Below, piece after piece: positions 41,859 through 56,281 of a stretch of DNA of 64,000 nt. Positions within the stretch are counted from its first letter, which is position 1; every line of letters starts with the position of its first letter. Under the pieces are notes generated by a model. It worked only from the letters and a program-made list of their open reading frames with translations. It did not search any database and had not been told where the DNA came from. The translations under genes were made by a program, and so were the position numbers. Origin of the DNA: Eledone cirrhosa (taxonomy: Eukaryota); contig OZ024740.1 in NCBI GenBank assembly GCA_964016885.1, positions 23,312,001-23,376,000 of the forward strand, read 5' to 3'.

Positions 41859-41896
41859 CTTTTTGAAAAGCAGAAGAACTGCGAAACCGGTAAAGG
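41859..41896 (+). ncRNA. Minimal hammerhead with U3-A8 core, inside element ~41825-42035
   Basis: CTTT TTGAAAA GCAG AAGAA CTGC GAA ACCGGT A AAGG: 4-bp stem II, palindromic ACCGGT stem III, GUA triplet. Confidence 0.75.
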
Positions 41897-42148
41897 AACC
41901 GAATAAATATATATATTTTTTAAAAAATAAGACTCCAGTTGCAATTTCGATTTCATCTCTTTTTCTTTATACTTTCACTCGTGTAGGACACCTCGGTTAT
42001 TTTTCAATTTGTAAAAATGACCTCACTTTTCTAATATATATAAATATATATATATAACGAAGGGAGTGTGGTAAGGATCCAGGTGGACCATAACGCACCA
42101 GAGTTCTCAATACTTAGGATAGTAGAGAGGGTAATAGGAAAATGTTTA

Positions 42149-42243
42149 ACCCCGACGGCCGAACTCAAGCCGTTTCTACGGCTATTTCTGGACTAAATTA
42201 GAATTTTTAACGTGGTAATAAATAGCCGAAATTTTCAAGGGGT
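42149..42243 (-). ncRNA. Type I hammerhead, U3-A8 core, long stem II
   Basis: Minus strand ACCCC TTGAAAA TTT CGGCTATTT [loop] AAATAGCCG TA GAA ACGGC TTGAGTTCG GCCGT C GGGGT: 5-bp stems I and III, GUC triplet. Confidence 0.78.
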
Positions 42244-42359
42244 AATTCCTTATATGGGAAGATTGTAGTTGTCAAAAGGACTGGTCAAAATTTCTTGTAA
42301 ACGCAATTAAATCTTTCATGGCGGTGGTAGGTAGGGTGGGGGGGGGGGCTGAACTTACC

Positions 42360-42653
42360 TCCAACAAAGCCTATATAGGATTAACCGCTTGTGACTTTAA
42401 GACCCGGCTCTACCACACCGACATACGTTCCGGAACCCGGCCCGGCGACATGCCACTACACATTTCGGGCCACATCTGGAACCTGCAAGACAATAACATA
42501 ACATACAATCTTTGTTGGAGCCTACTGTCCAGGGCTAACTCCTACACGGAGAAACGCCGTCCGTGTATCTTATGTTCGGAGGAAACAATACAAATGCTGT
42601 TTACGAAGGATCAACCTCTAAACAAAAAAAGACGAACTTGTAACTGCATGTAA
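42360..42653 (+). pseudogene. C-terminal GIY-YIG endonuclease fragment of a Penelope-like element (Neptune-like)
   Basis: YIGLTACDFKTRLY...ISGHIWNLQDNNITYNLCWSLLSRANSY...CILCSEE...LNK fits the YIG-T-FK-R / CxLCxxE / LNK pattern of PLE endonucleases. Confidence 0.85.
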
Positions 42654-42756
42654 ACAACTACCACCCACCCACCCACCACCATGAAAGATTTAATTGTGTT
42701 TACAAGAAAGTTTGAGCAATCCTTTGGAGAACTACAATCTTCCCATATAAGGAATT

Positions 42757-42852
42757 ACCCCTTGAAAAGTTCGGCTATTTATTACCACGCGAAAAATTCT
42801 AATTTAGTCAAGAAATAGGCCGTCGAAACGGCTTGAGCTCTGCAGACGGGGT
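42757..42852 (+). ncRNA. Degenerate hammerhead downstream of the GIY-YIG fragment
   Basis: Same fold as 42149-42243 but the stem III 3' strand reads GCAGAC, so the triplet is GAC. Confidence 0.65.
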
Positions 42853-43277
42853 TAAACATTTTCCTATATATATATGAGAGAGAGGGTATGCTAAGATACC
42901 AAGTGGATGATAACGCAGCAGAGTACTCTATACTAGTAGTCGACTGGGTAATATGAAAAAATTAGGACCCCGACGGCTGAGATTCCGCCGTTTCGACAGC
43001 TAGATCCAATGTAGCAGTAGAAACGGCAAGAGCTCAGCCGTCGGGGTCCTGAATCTTTATATATATATGTATATATATATATATATAAAGATTCAGAATA
43101 TATATATATATATATATATATATAGGAAAATATATGTATATATATATATGTATATATATATATGTATATAGTTATAAAAATATATATATATATGTGTATA
43201 TATATACATATATATATATACGTATATATATACACATATATATATATATTTTTATAAATATATACATATATATATAC

Positions 43278-43352
<75 letters not shown>

Positions 43353-43588
43353 CACACACATATATATATATATATATAGATATATATAGATATATATAGT
43401 TATATATACATATACATACACACACACACACATATTTTCCTGTATATATATATATATATTTATATATATACACCCATATATATATATATTTATAAATATA
43501 TACATATATGTATATGTATATAAACATACATGTATATATGTATATCTATCTATCTATCTATATATATATATGTCTAAATTTATATATA

Positions 43589-43630
<42 letters not shown>

Positions 43631-43863
43631 AATATAGACATATATATATATATATTATATATATATATATATAGAAAACAGTTATATAAATATATAGGAA
43701 CACATTAACGTATGAATGTTTATCTTGTGTACATGTGTGTGTCGAAGAATAACTCATCACATACACCAGAGTGCGGTCTATATGCGTGTGTATAAACACA
43801 CACATATATATATGTTATATAAACATACACATAAAACACACACACTCACACACACACACACAT

Positions 43864-43911
<48 letters not shown>

Positions 43912-44139
43912 CACTTATAAATATAATTACATATATATATATTTGTTTATACATGTATATTCTCAAAAATGTACGACTATAAAATACACACGCACCCACA
44001 TGTATATACGGAACTCTATAGGTATATATATATATATATATATATATAATGGGATATATATATGTAGGTATATATAGGTATATATATATATATTTATATA
44101 TACCTATATATGTATATATATATATACCTATATATATAT

Positions 44140-44173
<34 letters not shown>

Positions 44174-44196
44174 ATATATATATATATATATACATA

Positions 44197-44249
<53 letters not shown>

Positions 44250-44446
44250 TATATATATACAATATATATATATATACCTATCATATATATATGTATATAC
44301 ATGTATGTATATATATATATAGAGAGAGAGATAGATAGATAGATAGATAGATAGATGGATAGAGTTATATATATATACACATTTATATATATACACATTT
44401 ATAGTCATACGTATATACACACGCACATACATACACATATATATAT

Positions 44447-44497
<51 letters not shown>

Positions 44498-44576
44498 TTA
44501 CATATATACATACAAGACCAGGTATAGAACGGTAATCATATCATAAACATCAACCACTCATAAAGTTGAGATGATT

Positions 44577-44802
<226 letters not shown>

Positions 44803-44811
44803 TTAAATATG

Positions 44812-44867
<56 letters not shown>

Positions 44868-44914
44868 GTATATACATATATAAATATGCATGTATATATA
44901 TATGAATATATATG

Positions 44915-45004
<90 letters not shown>

Positions 45005-45459
45005 TTATTTATTTAGGTTTGAAGGTTCACCACTGGATAGAGCTGGTCATTCCGTATGGTCAATCTTGATGTAATAATATGGAGAGCACTCAACGTAAAG
45101 CAGCTCAACTGCTTTATTTTATTTCGAATAATATCACCGGATTCATACGGAACCCGGACATTGAAATGATCATAGTATAATAAACCTTTCAAGGATTTAG
45201 ACAAGTCCAGCCTCCTGTTATTTTATTATAATTATATATATATATATATATAGTTAATCATCTCAATATTATATGTAGAAGATATCCTACTTCGTCATGG
45301 CAAGGTAATTGTGGTATCAGAGAAATTTAGTGAAAAATTAACAAATTAGGCGACGTTATGAAGGATAATTGTATTATATTAATTTTCATTGAGTATATAT
45401 ATAGTAGTTTTATTATTGTAGTATATATTTAGTAGTTTTATTATTGTAGTAAATATACA

Positions 45460-45682
45460 GGGCGGTGGATTGGCAGTATCGGTTCAGGGTCGGACGCAAT
45501 GATTTGCAGCATAGAGTTACGAATCTTTATGATCTGATGTCAAATCCCGCCGAGGTTAACTTTGCTTTTCATCCTTACGGGGTCGATAAAATAAAGTACT
45601 AGTCACGCACTGGGGTCCATTTAATCGACTTTCCCCTCCCCACCAAATCACTGGCCTTGTGCCAATATTAGGAACCATTATT
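45460..45682 (+). mobile_element. Full-length tRNA-derived SINE (longer 3' variant)
   Basis: GGGCGGTGGATTGGCAGTATCGG...CATCCTTACGGGGTCGATAAAATAAAGTAC...TTAATCGACTTTCCCCTCC...CTGGCCTTGTGCC. Confidence 0.9.
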
Positions 45683-45851
45683 GCAGTATATATATAGTAG
45701 TTTTATTATTGCAAGTAGGGTGATTTGACTGTAGTATAGGGACTACTTACATGTTATTAGGTAAACTAGAGTGAGGTGACGGTCCACGTACACACACGCA
45801 CCAACACACGCAAACACATACAAGCACGCACACTCAGAGACACACACATAA

Positions 45852-45928
<77 letters not shown>

Positions 45929-46092
45929 TTATATATATCTATATATATATATATATATAAAATATATATATACAAATATATATGTGATAGATATGTATGT
46001 GTATGTGAACATAGATGTACACTTGAACACATAATCACCCCACGTCCCCATATATATATATATACGTTCCATTTTTCACTATATATATATAC

Positions 46093-46133
<41 letters not shown>

Positions 46134-46487
46134 TGATAGATATGTATGCATGTATGCATTCATGTAGAAGTCAATGTTTACATATGTGCATATATTTATG
46201 TAATAAATATGTATTTTTGATAAAGAAATGTCAGTTTATAATATAATTTTATTTGTAGATAAATTTGTATTGATGAAGACTACATATATATATAGAGATG
46301 AATATATAGTTATATATAAATATGTACGTATGTATAAAATATATATATATATATATACGTATATGTTCATATATAGATATGCTCATAAATGTATGTCTGT
46401 TCAAGTGTGAGAGAGTGGATTTAATACGTCTATATATATATATGAGTATATATATATGTATGTATCTAAACACACACACACACACAC

Positions 46488-46548
<61 letters not shown>

Positions 46549-46549
46549 G

Positions 46550-46636
<87 letters not shown>

Positions 46637-46680
46637 ATATATATACACATCTGTATGTAAACATATATATATATATACAG

Positions 46681-46797
<117 letters not shown>

Positions 46798-47162
46798 TGT
46801 GCATGTCGGTACATCTATTTAATTATACACATTCATATGTATGTATATAAAGTTATCTTTATACGTTTAAATACTTATGTTCAAGATATATAGATCATCA
46901 CATATATATGTATATGTATGCACGCATAAACACACACACATACATACACATATATAAATATGTGTGTGTGTGTGTGAGTGTGTGTGTGTAAATATATGTG
47001 TTATATATAATATATATATATAAATATGTATATATTTTATATATTATATTACATATATATTTATATATTTTAACCCACATTACATACTTTATATACATAT
47101 ATATATATATATAATGTAAATATATATATAATGTAAATATATACATCTCCCTCTCAATCTCA

Positions 47163-47193
<31 letters not shown>

Positions 47194-47236
47194 AAGAGAG
47201 AGAGAGAAAGAAAGAGAGAGAGAGAGTTACTGAGAA

Positions 47237-47450
47237 GGAGGGATTGGCAGTATAGGTAGAGGATGGGACATGATCCTCTATATATACTTAGGAAGCTGCC
47301 AGTCTATATTTATTTTACGTCCCTTTTCTGATCTGAGTTCAAATCCCGCCGAGGTTGACTTTGCCTTTCATCCTTACGGGATCGATAAAATAAAGTACCA
47401 GTAATGCACTGGATAATTGCTGGCCTTGTGCCTAAAGTAGAAACAATTAT
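47237..47450 (+). mobile_element. SINE with a foreign ~50-bp segment between the A and B boxes
   Basis: Head GGATTGGCAGTATAGGTAGAGG, then CATGATCCTCTATATATACTTAGGAAGCTGCCAGTCTATATTTATTTTACG, then the normal B box and core. Confidence 0.85.
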
Positions 47451-47775
47451 ATATATGTGTATATACATATACCTATATATATATACAAATATATAATATA
47501 TATACTTGTATATATACATATATATATATATATCCAAGTATATAATATATATATATATATATACACATATATATATATGTTTATGTGTGCCCAGTTGTCC
47601 CTGTAGTCGCGCTACTAGGAGAACAGTTGGATTCTCTTATGTATTCCTATAAATATATTTTTATACGGATTACATTCATCAATACATAACATCGATGTTT
47701 AATTGTACACATATGTGAAAGTGTAAGTTAGTAGAGCTTTATACACCCCTCTATCACACATATATGCATACATAC

Positions 47776-47820
<45 letters not shown>

Positions 47821-47823
47821 TTG

Positions 47824-47981
47824 TTAATATAGATGAGATTCTACAGGACTAGAACTGTTTCATTCTTTAGAAATCATCAGGAATCTCATTCTGATGATTT
47901 CTAAAGAATGAAACAGTTCTAGTCCTGTAGAATCTCATCTATATTAAAACTGTTATACTCTGCAATGTATACCGGAATACC

Positions 47982-47982
<1 letters not shown>
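47824..47982. mobile_element. Hammerhead fold-back element (perfect 57-bp arms 47824-47880 / 47891-47947, shortened tail to 47982)
   Basis: Direct reading. (TA)n flanks. Confidence 0.9.
47833..47889 (-). ncRNA. Type I hammerhead ribozyme
   Basis: Minus strand ATGAGATTC CTGATGA T TTC TAAA GAA T GAA ACAG TTCTAGTC CTGT A GAATCTCAT: perfect 9-bp stem I, 4-bp stem III, GUA triplet, weak stem II. Confidence 0.85.
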
Positions 47983-48075
<93 letters not shown>

Positions 48076-48091
48076 ATATATATATGTGTAT

Positions 48092-48166
<75 letters not shown>

Positions 48167-48200
48167 TAAATTACACATATTTAAATTCATATGTATATAT

Positions 48201-48308
<108 letters not shown>

Positions 48309-48465
48309 ATTCATATATATATATTTGTATATATAGATAAATATATGTGTATATATATACATATATGTATATATAAACATATATTTATGCTTTTATGTAA
48401 ATACTAAGACGTATCACATATATTCCCTTACACATGAACACACACGTAGACATATATATATATAT

Positions 48466-48600
<135 letters not shown>

Positions 48601-48635
48601 TTACATATATACATATATATATATACATACATACA

Positions 48636-48670
<35 letters not shown>

Positions 48671-48722
48671 TTATGTATGTATGTATGTATGTGTGTATAT
48701 ATATATATATATGTGTATAATA

Positions 48723-48781
48723 TTTATACCCTGCTATATAATGAGTACCTTACTGTGGTTACCCGATTGAACCCGGGATAC
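48723..48781 (+). mobile_element. Solo tail of the 33085/47824 hammerhead family
   Basis: GAGTACCTTACTGTGGTTACCCGATTGAACCCGGGATAC matches the reverse complement of 33085-33135. Confidence 0.75.
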
Positions 48782-48787
48782 ACACAC

Positions 48788-48866
<79 letters not shown>

Positions 48867-49180
48867 ATATAGATAGATATATTACTCTTTTACTCTTTAC
48901 CCGTTCCAGCAATGCGACCGCAGCCACGCTGGGGCTCTGTATACATATATGTACATATATATTAAAAAGTGAACCGTATTACTAAATCATTAGAATATAA
49001 AATCAAAAGAGGTGGCCACCAGGATAAGCACATTGGAAAACGACGGAATGAACACACATACACACACACGCGCACACCACACACATATATATATATATAT
49101 ACACATGCACATACGCATACACGCAAACATGTATAGACACGCACACGCACACACACACACGCACATATATATATATATAT

Positions 49181-49383
49181 ATAGGAAAAAGTATGATCTC
49201 GACGGCTGAGCTCAAGCCGTTTCGACGGCTATTTCTGGACGGCCAGTCCAGAAATAGCCGTCAAAACGGCTTGAGCGCTGCCGTCGGTGTCATACTTTTT
49301 CCTATTTCCCACTCTACTACCCTAAGTATTGAGTACTCTGGTGCGTTATGGTCCATCTGGTTCCTTACCACAATTCCTTTGTT
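49181..49383 (+). mobile_element. Fold-back (60-bp arms, 5-nt spacer, 49181-49305) plus tail; contains only hammerhead 3' halves
   Basis: ATAGGAAAAAGTATGA...TTTCTGGAC GGCCA GTCCAGAAA...TCATACTTTTTCCTAT. (TA)n flanks. Confidence 0.88.
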
Positions 49384-49540
49384 ATATATATATATATACA
49401 TACACGTATATACACGCATTAAATATTTAAATAATCGTGTAATTATATCTGTTTAGTCTGGTAGATGCCTCTCTTCCCAGGGTCTATACAGGCCTTCCCA
49501 GACTGTTCATATTAACAGGTTTTATGTTCAATCTATATTT

Positions 49541-49722
49541 GGATTGGCAGTGTCGGTAGAGAGTCGGACGCTATGCTTTGCAGAGTTTCGGTCCTTTATG
49601 ATCTGTGTTCAAATCCCGCCGAGGTTAACTTTCCCTTTCATCCTTACGTGGTCGATAAAATAAACTACCAGTAATACACTGGAATATTGCTGGCTTTGTG
49701 CCAAATTTAGAAACAATTATTA
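49541..49722 (+). mobile_element. tRNA-derived SINE
   Basis: A box, GTTCAAATCCC, core and 3' end as in the other copies. Confidence 0.88.
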
Positions 49723-50201
49723 TGGTTCTATATCCTCTTGAAAAACATATACATGGAAAGAATACCAGAGCAACTAAGTTTAGTTGAGGAAACTCAGGAG
49801 ACAATATTTCCTGCGCAGCCTAAAAGTTTGGACACAATATAAGTGATTAAAAAAGGTATATTTGTTATTTGACTTCTCTTCTCGGTTTCATTTGTCGTGA
49901 ATTTTATACAGAGAAAAAAGAAACCAATAACTATTCCGAATCCTGACACAATTTCACTTTAGATTTAAATGTCTTATCAACTGTGTGTGTGTCTTCCAGT
50001 CACTCTCCCCGTATCTCTCCCTCTCCCCGTACCTCACTGTTATATGCAAATGGGAGCCCAAGCTCGATCGAAACATTAAAAAAAGTTTCTGATATGAAAA
50101 AGATTTGAGTGAATAAGCAGGTGACACTCTGGACCCCATCAAATTGTGTATATGTGACGTAGTAAATAAATATATACATATATATTAGGTTTGAACATAA
50201 T

Positions 50202-50388
50202 TGTTTCTATATTAGGCACAAGGCCAGCAATAACCCAGTACATTACTGATACTTTATTTTATCGACCCCGTAAGGATGAAAGGCAAAGTTAACCTCGACG
50301 GGATTTGAACTCAAACCGTAAATGGACGTAACTATGCTAGAAAGCAGGGCGTACAACCCTCTACTGATACTGCCAATTCACCACCCTG
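50202..50388 (-). mobile_element. Full-length SINE with perfect 17-bp target-site duplication
   Basis: TTAGGTTTGAACATAAT at 50185-50201 and 50389-50405. Confidence 0.92.
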
Positions 50389-50470
50389 TTAGGTTTGAAC
50401 ATAATGGAATCAAATTCCCATTGTCACTGCCTCCGTCTTTCTAGCCCTCCCCCTCTCTCACTATTATATA

Positions 50471-50653
50471 GACGGTGGATTGGCAGTATCGGTAGAGGGT
50501 CGGACGCCATGCTTTGAGGCATAGAGTTACGGCCCTTGCTATTCTGAGTTCAAATCCCGCTGAGGTTAACTTTGCCTTTCCTCCTTACGAGGTCGATAAA
50601 ACAAAGTACCAGTAATACACTGGGTATGGTTGGCGCGGTGCTAAAAGTAGAAA
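50471..50653 (+). mobile_element. tRNA-derived SINE
   Basis: GACGGTGGATTGGCAGTATCGGTAGAGGGTCGGACGCCATGCTTTG...GAGTTCAAATCCC...core. Confidence 0.88.
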
Positions 50654-50778
50654 TGGGAGCCTACGGGCTGGCTGTCCCGCAGTCCCGGCGGGGGTAGGTG
50701 GTGAGAGAGACGCGTTGGAAGAGTCATTCCAGCTCGCGATGCTCACACCTGCGGGTAACCAACACCGTGTCGAGGGTT

Positions 50779-50892
50779 GTGAGCAGGGAGGTGGTCCTAG
50801 GGCCAATGACACCAGAAGTCTCCACTGCTACGAGGTGCCAATGGTGGTGAGCAGGGAGGTGGTCCTAGGGCCAATGACACCAGAAGTCTCCA
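50779..50892. repeat. Direct duplication of ~46 bp in a GC-rich patch
   Basis: GTGAGCAGGGAGGTGGTCCTAGGG(G)CCAATGACACCAGAAGTCTCCA at 50779 and 50847. Confidence 0.85.
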
Positions 50893-51217
50893 GAGACGCG
50901 GAGGTAAGAGTGAACCAGGGATGTCTGAGCTGTATTTGCCTGGGGAAAGAGAGGTCAATGTAGATGTGGACGACACGGTGACAGAGGAGTCAAAACGTAA
51001 AAAAATCAGAGCCGAGGCCATTGAATAATTTGTCCTTCAACGTGAGGCCATATTTATGAATGCCGTCTTGAATGTTTGTATAAGGTAGCAACACCGCCCT
51101 AATGAGGATCTTACGTGAGTTTTGTAAATGATCTGAAGAAATCTCTGGCTCTGAAAAGAGTCTATCTTTTATATACAGTTCTAACTTTGTTTAACACTTG
51201 TATTTGCCATGCGATAT

Positions 51218-51526
51218 CATCTGTGGTTATGAGGCCTACCTCACATCTGTGGTTGTGAGGCCTACCTCACATCTGTGGTTGTGAGGCCTACTTCACATCT
51301 GTGATTGTGAGGCCTACCTCACATCTGTGGTTGTGAAGCCTACCTCACATCTGTGATTGTGAAGCCTACCTCACATCTGTGATTGTGAGGTCTACCTCAC
51401 ATCTGTGATTGTGAGGTTTACCTCAAATCTGTGATTGTGAGGCCTACCTCACATCTGTGATTGTGAGGTTTACCTCAAATCTGTGATTGTGAGGCCTACC
51501 TCACATCTGTGATTGTGAGGCCTACC
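51218..51526. repeat. 26-bp minisatellite CATCTGTG(G/A)TTGTGAGGCCTACCTCA, ~12 units
   Basis: Direct reading. Confidence 0.95.
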
Positions 51527-51654
51527 ATTTAGAGCAAGCCCGATGACTCTAATCACTGGCTGTTCAAGTCAAAGTTTGGTGAGTTGCGGAGGGATTTTAG
51601 TTCCATAAAAATACAATAGAAAATGCAAATGACGAATAAGGATAGAAATTAATG

Positions 51655-51717
51655 TTTTCAATATGGTTTCAATATGGTTTCAATATGATTTCAATATGGT
51701 TTCAATATGGTTTCAAT
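51655..51717. repeat. 11-bp tandem repeat TTTCAATATGG
   Basis: About 5.5 units. Confidence 0.9.
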
Positions 51718-51834
51718 CGTTCGACTGGACTGCGACTATATCGATCTCTATATTTATTCCAGTCTATAATTTATCGATCTAAAATCTCGAACACAGGCAT
51801 GGAAATATATCATACACACATAACATTATGCGTG

Positions 51835-51865
<31 letters not shown>

Positions 51866-52744
51866 CACACCACACACACATACATAGACACACATACACA
51901 CAAACACACACACATCACACCACACACATCCATACACATACACACACCACACACATACATAGACACACATACACACAGACACACACACATCACACCACAC
52001 ACATCCATACACATACACACACACACCACACCACACACACACCACACACATCCATACACACACACACACCACACCCATGCAAATACACACACACACACCA
52101 CACCACATACATACACACACAAACACACACACACCACACCACATGCACACACAAACCACACCACATACATACATACACACACTCACACACACACACACAC
52201 CACATACACAAACCACACCACATACACAAACCACACCACATACATACACACAGAATAATATATCAAGTAACATATTTATACAACTATTATTTTCACAACA
52301 TTTTCTACAGATGGAATCATATATTTGCCGACTAATGCCGACATAATACAACTAGTACACACACATACACAGGCACACACACATACACATATACACAGGC
52401 ACACACACACACACATATACACAGGCACACACACACATTCACATACACACATACACACACACACACAAGCAAACACTCACACACACAAACATACACACAT
52501 ACACAGGCACACACACAGGCACACACACACACATACACACACACGCATATATATATATAGACACATAGATTGACAGAAATACGCACACACACATACAGAC
52601 AAGCTTAAATACACACACACACAGGTAGACTGACACACACATACATACATTGTCCTCTCACTCACATACACTGACGTAAACATCGGTATCTCTCTAACAC
52701 GACACATTTACACACACACATCCACAGAAATACCACACAAGCAT

Positions 52745-53200
52745 ACATACACACACATTTACACATACATTAACATACACACACATTTACACACACATTA
52801 ACATACACACACATTTACACATACATTAACATACACACACATTAACATACACACACATTTACACATACATTAACATACACATATATTTACACATACATTA
52901 ACATACACACACATTTACACATACATTAACATACACACACATTTACATAGATATTAACACACATTTACACATACATTAACATACACACATATTTACACAT
53001 ACATTAACATACACACACATTTACATATATATTAACATACACACACATTTACACATACATTAACATACACACACATTTACACATACATTAACATACACAC
53101 ACATTTACACATACATTAACATACACACACATTTACACATATATTAACATACACACACCTTTACACATATATTAACATACACACACATTTACATATACAA
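52745..53200. repeat. ~26-28-bp minisatellite ACACACATTTACACATACATTAACATAC
   Basis: Direct reading. Confidence 0.9.
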
Positions 53201-53388
53201 TAACAGACACTCATAAGCACTTTAAAATACGCAAATGTTCACTCGCACACACATACATACGTACGTTCACACACACACACACTAATACCTACAGTAAAGA
53301 TCACACGCACATACACACATATGCATACATACGTTCACACAAACACACACACATACACACTAATAACTGCACCAATGATAACACACCA

Positions 53389-53419
<31 letters not shown>

Positions 53420-53666
53420 TATACACATGCATACGTTCACACAAACATACACACAAAAACACTCATAACTGCACTAATGATCACACACACACACATACAT
53501 ATGTTCACACAAACATACACACAGACACACTCATAACTGCACTAATGATCACACAATAACATTTTGCGACTTGTTCTCTTTATTGAATTACGTAGCTTAA
53601 ACTGAGCAACGTTCGAATGTTCCTAATCCAAGGAAGATAACTCTATCTTTAATGAAAGTTTGAAAA

Positions 53667-53730
53667 TAATTGCTTCTACTTTTGGCCAGCAATTAACCCA
53701 GTGTGTTACTGGTACTTTATTTTATCGACA
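53667..53730 (-). mobile_element. SINE 3' fragment
   Basis: CTGGTACTTTATTTTATCGAC. Confidence 0.7.
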
Positions 53731-53749
53731 GCGTTTCAGCGTTTGCCTA

Positions 53750-53782
<33 letters not shown>

Positions 53783-54357
53783 AAACGCGATAATATTGCT
53801 TTATGCTGAACTCCATATCTTTTGTTGAGTTTTTTTCGGAATGTTTTGACTGTTGTTTCTTGTAAACAGACATTCGTCTCATTCTGACGTCACCAGCCCT
53901 GTCTCCATGTGTGTTTATTAATTCAATGCAACACGAGGTTTGACTAGCCTGCTTTTAAATTCTCCTCTGGCATATTTTAGCTGTGGCTCTTAGTTAACGT
54001 GTTGAGCACTAATGATGAACGGTTCCAACCGTGACTAACCCCACTGAAAAGTTTCGTGAAATAGACTTTTTAAGACTATATAGTGCATTTGTAGATTTTT
54101 CCAAATTGAAGGATAAGTATTTACTCTTAATTTTATTTTGAGTTAAGATTCTATTGGTTTCTTCCCCGGATTACACAAAATCTGTGGATAAAAATTTTGG
54201 TCTTGACTTGTTTTGAATTGGGATTAAATTTTTCCCATATCTTACGTTAAATATTTTTCATCTTGAAGTAATAGTCACTTATATGTCTGAATTACGATTG
54301 GCTTCTTGCTTACATTAATGTCTCTATTTTTCATTTATATATTTATATATATATATA

Positions 54358-54570
54358 TTTCGTTTCTGAATTTGTTTAGCAAGATTCTTTATCTGAAATC
54401 GTGTGTTGAAACCGATATTGTTATACTTTGGGAGGGTCATGTTGCCAATAAGAAACACACGCACCAGTTGCTTTCACTTCAATTTATTATATATTTATAA
54501 ATTTATAAATTTACAAATCTACAAATTTATAAATTTCTGGTTGGTTGGTTGGTTCCACAACCAGATAGTT

Positions 54571-54578
<8 letters not shown>
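54358..54578 (-). mobile_element. Truncated copy of the 39184-39778 family, including its tail
   Basis: Near-identical to the reverse complement of ~39570-39776. Confidence 0.85.
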
Positions 54579-54610
<32 letters not shown>

Positions 54611-54740
54611 GTGAGGGTTTTTTTCAAAATGAAAATTAACCGAGGTGTGCTACACGAGTGAAAGTATAAAGAAAAAAGATGAAGTCGAAAATGTAACTAG
54701 AGTCTTATTTAAAAAAAATATATATATATTTATTTGGTTC

Positions 54741-54776
54741 CTTTACCGGTTTCGCAGTTCTTCTGCTTTTCAAAAG
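54741..54776 (-). ncRNA. Minimal U3-A8 hammerhead inside element ~54604-54812
   Basis: Minus strand CTT TTGAAAA GCAG AAGAA CTGC GAA ACCGGT A AAG, same core as 41859-41896. Confidence 0.72.
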
Positions 54777-54825
54777 TAGAGTTGAGATGGAGGGTCTGTG
54801 GTTTTTCTCACATCTCTATATATAT

Positions 54826-55171
54826 ATAATATTAATAAATGGAAACTATCTTTATAAAACCATATTTATTTTATCATACATATTTCAAGGGTACCAACAT
54901 TTTTGGTACGCTCTCATCAGATAACATACAAAAGTTGTTTTACAGATAGTGACATATTCAATACAAGAACTCACAACTTTTGTATTTTATCTGATGAGTG
55001 CGTACCAAAAATGTTGATACCCTTGAAATATGTATGATAAAATAAATATGGTTTTATAAAGATAGTTTCCATTTATTAATATTATTGATACTCCAGAAGA
55101 AACTTGTAGAGTGCTTCTAATCTATTATAATCTAAATTTGTTGAATAACCAACAAATTAAATAACTCATTG

Positions 55172-55173
<2 letters not shown>
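54826..55173. mobile_element. Fold-back (113-bp arms 54826-54938 / 54973-55085) with a hammerhead-like motif per arm, plus ~88-nt tail
   Basis: ATTTTAT CTGATGA GTGCGTACC...CCCTT GAA ATA TG TAT G ATAAAAT at 54984-55043. Position 17 is G, predicted non-cleaving. Confidence 0.8.
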
Positions 55174-55220
<47 letters not shown>

Positions 55221-55347
55221 GTGAGCTTTTTTTTACAAAATGAAAAATAACCGAGGTGTCCTACACGAGTGAATATATATATATGTTTACATATATATAT
55301 ATACACACACCTACGTATGAATATATTTGAGAATGTGTACATGTATA

Positions 55348-55685
<338 letters not shown>

Positions 55686-55830
55686 AGCGGATGACGGTTT
55701 AACCATCGTCTCAGTGTGTTTGGCCTTTAATATATGCTGTAGCTCTGGTTCGTCAGAATTATTGAGCGATTGCCACACATCTCAGAAGTTGTTTTTCGCT
55801 AATTCCAAAGCCGAAATACGATTCTTGCTA

Positions 55831-55870
<40 letters not shown>

Positions 55871-56169
55871 CTGTATTTTTAACCGCTGGTCAATCAATGG
55901 TAAACATTGATTGCCAAATAAATTAACTATGGAGATATAAAATATACAGAAGGGAAAATCAACGTCACAGTGAGTGTGTTCTGTTATTATTTCTGGCAAT
56001 ATTATAACAATATGACCCTCCCCAAGTATAACAATATTTGTTTCGACACACGATTTCATATCAAAAACCTTGCAAAACAAATATATATATATATATATAT
56101 ATAAACATGTGTGTGTGTGTGTGTGTTTGAGTGTGTGTATGTGTGTGTGTGTTTGAGTATGTGTGTGTG

Positions 56170-56281
<112 letters not shown>

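Larger units (their letters stand above)
42058..42867 (+). mobile_element. 5'-truncated Penelope-like retroelement: inverted terminal repeat with tail (42058-~42345, minus) joined to the GIY-YIG end and 3' UTR with hammerhead (plus)
   Basis: 42134-42325 is the diverged reverse complement of 42675-42867. The GIY-YIG fragment lies between them and both ends run into (TA)n. Confidence 0.8.
40520..43230. repeat. Inverted duplication, arms ~40520-41419 and 42381-~43230, ~960-bp spacer
   Basis: The arms share unique sequence and microsatellite irregularities. ORFs 40392-40865(+) and 42933-43505(-) have identical C-termini. Confidence 0.92.
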
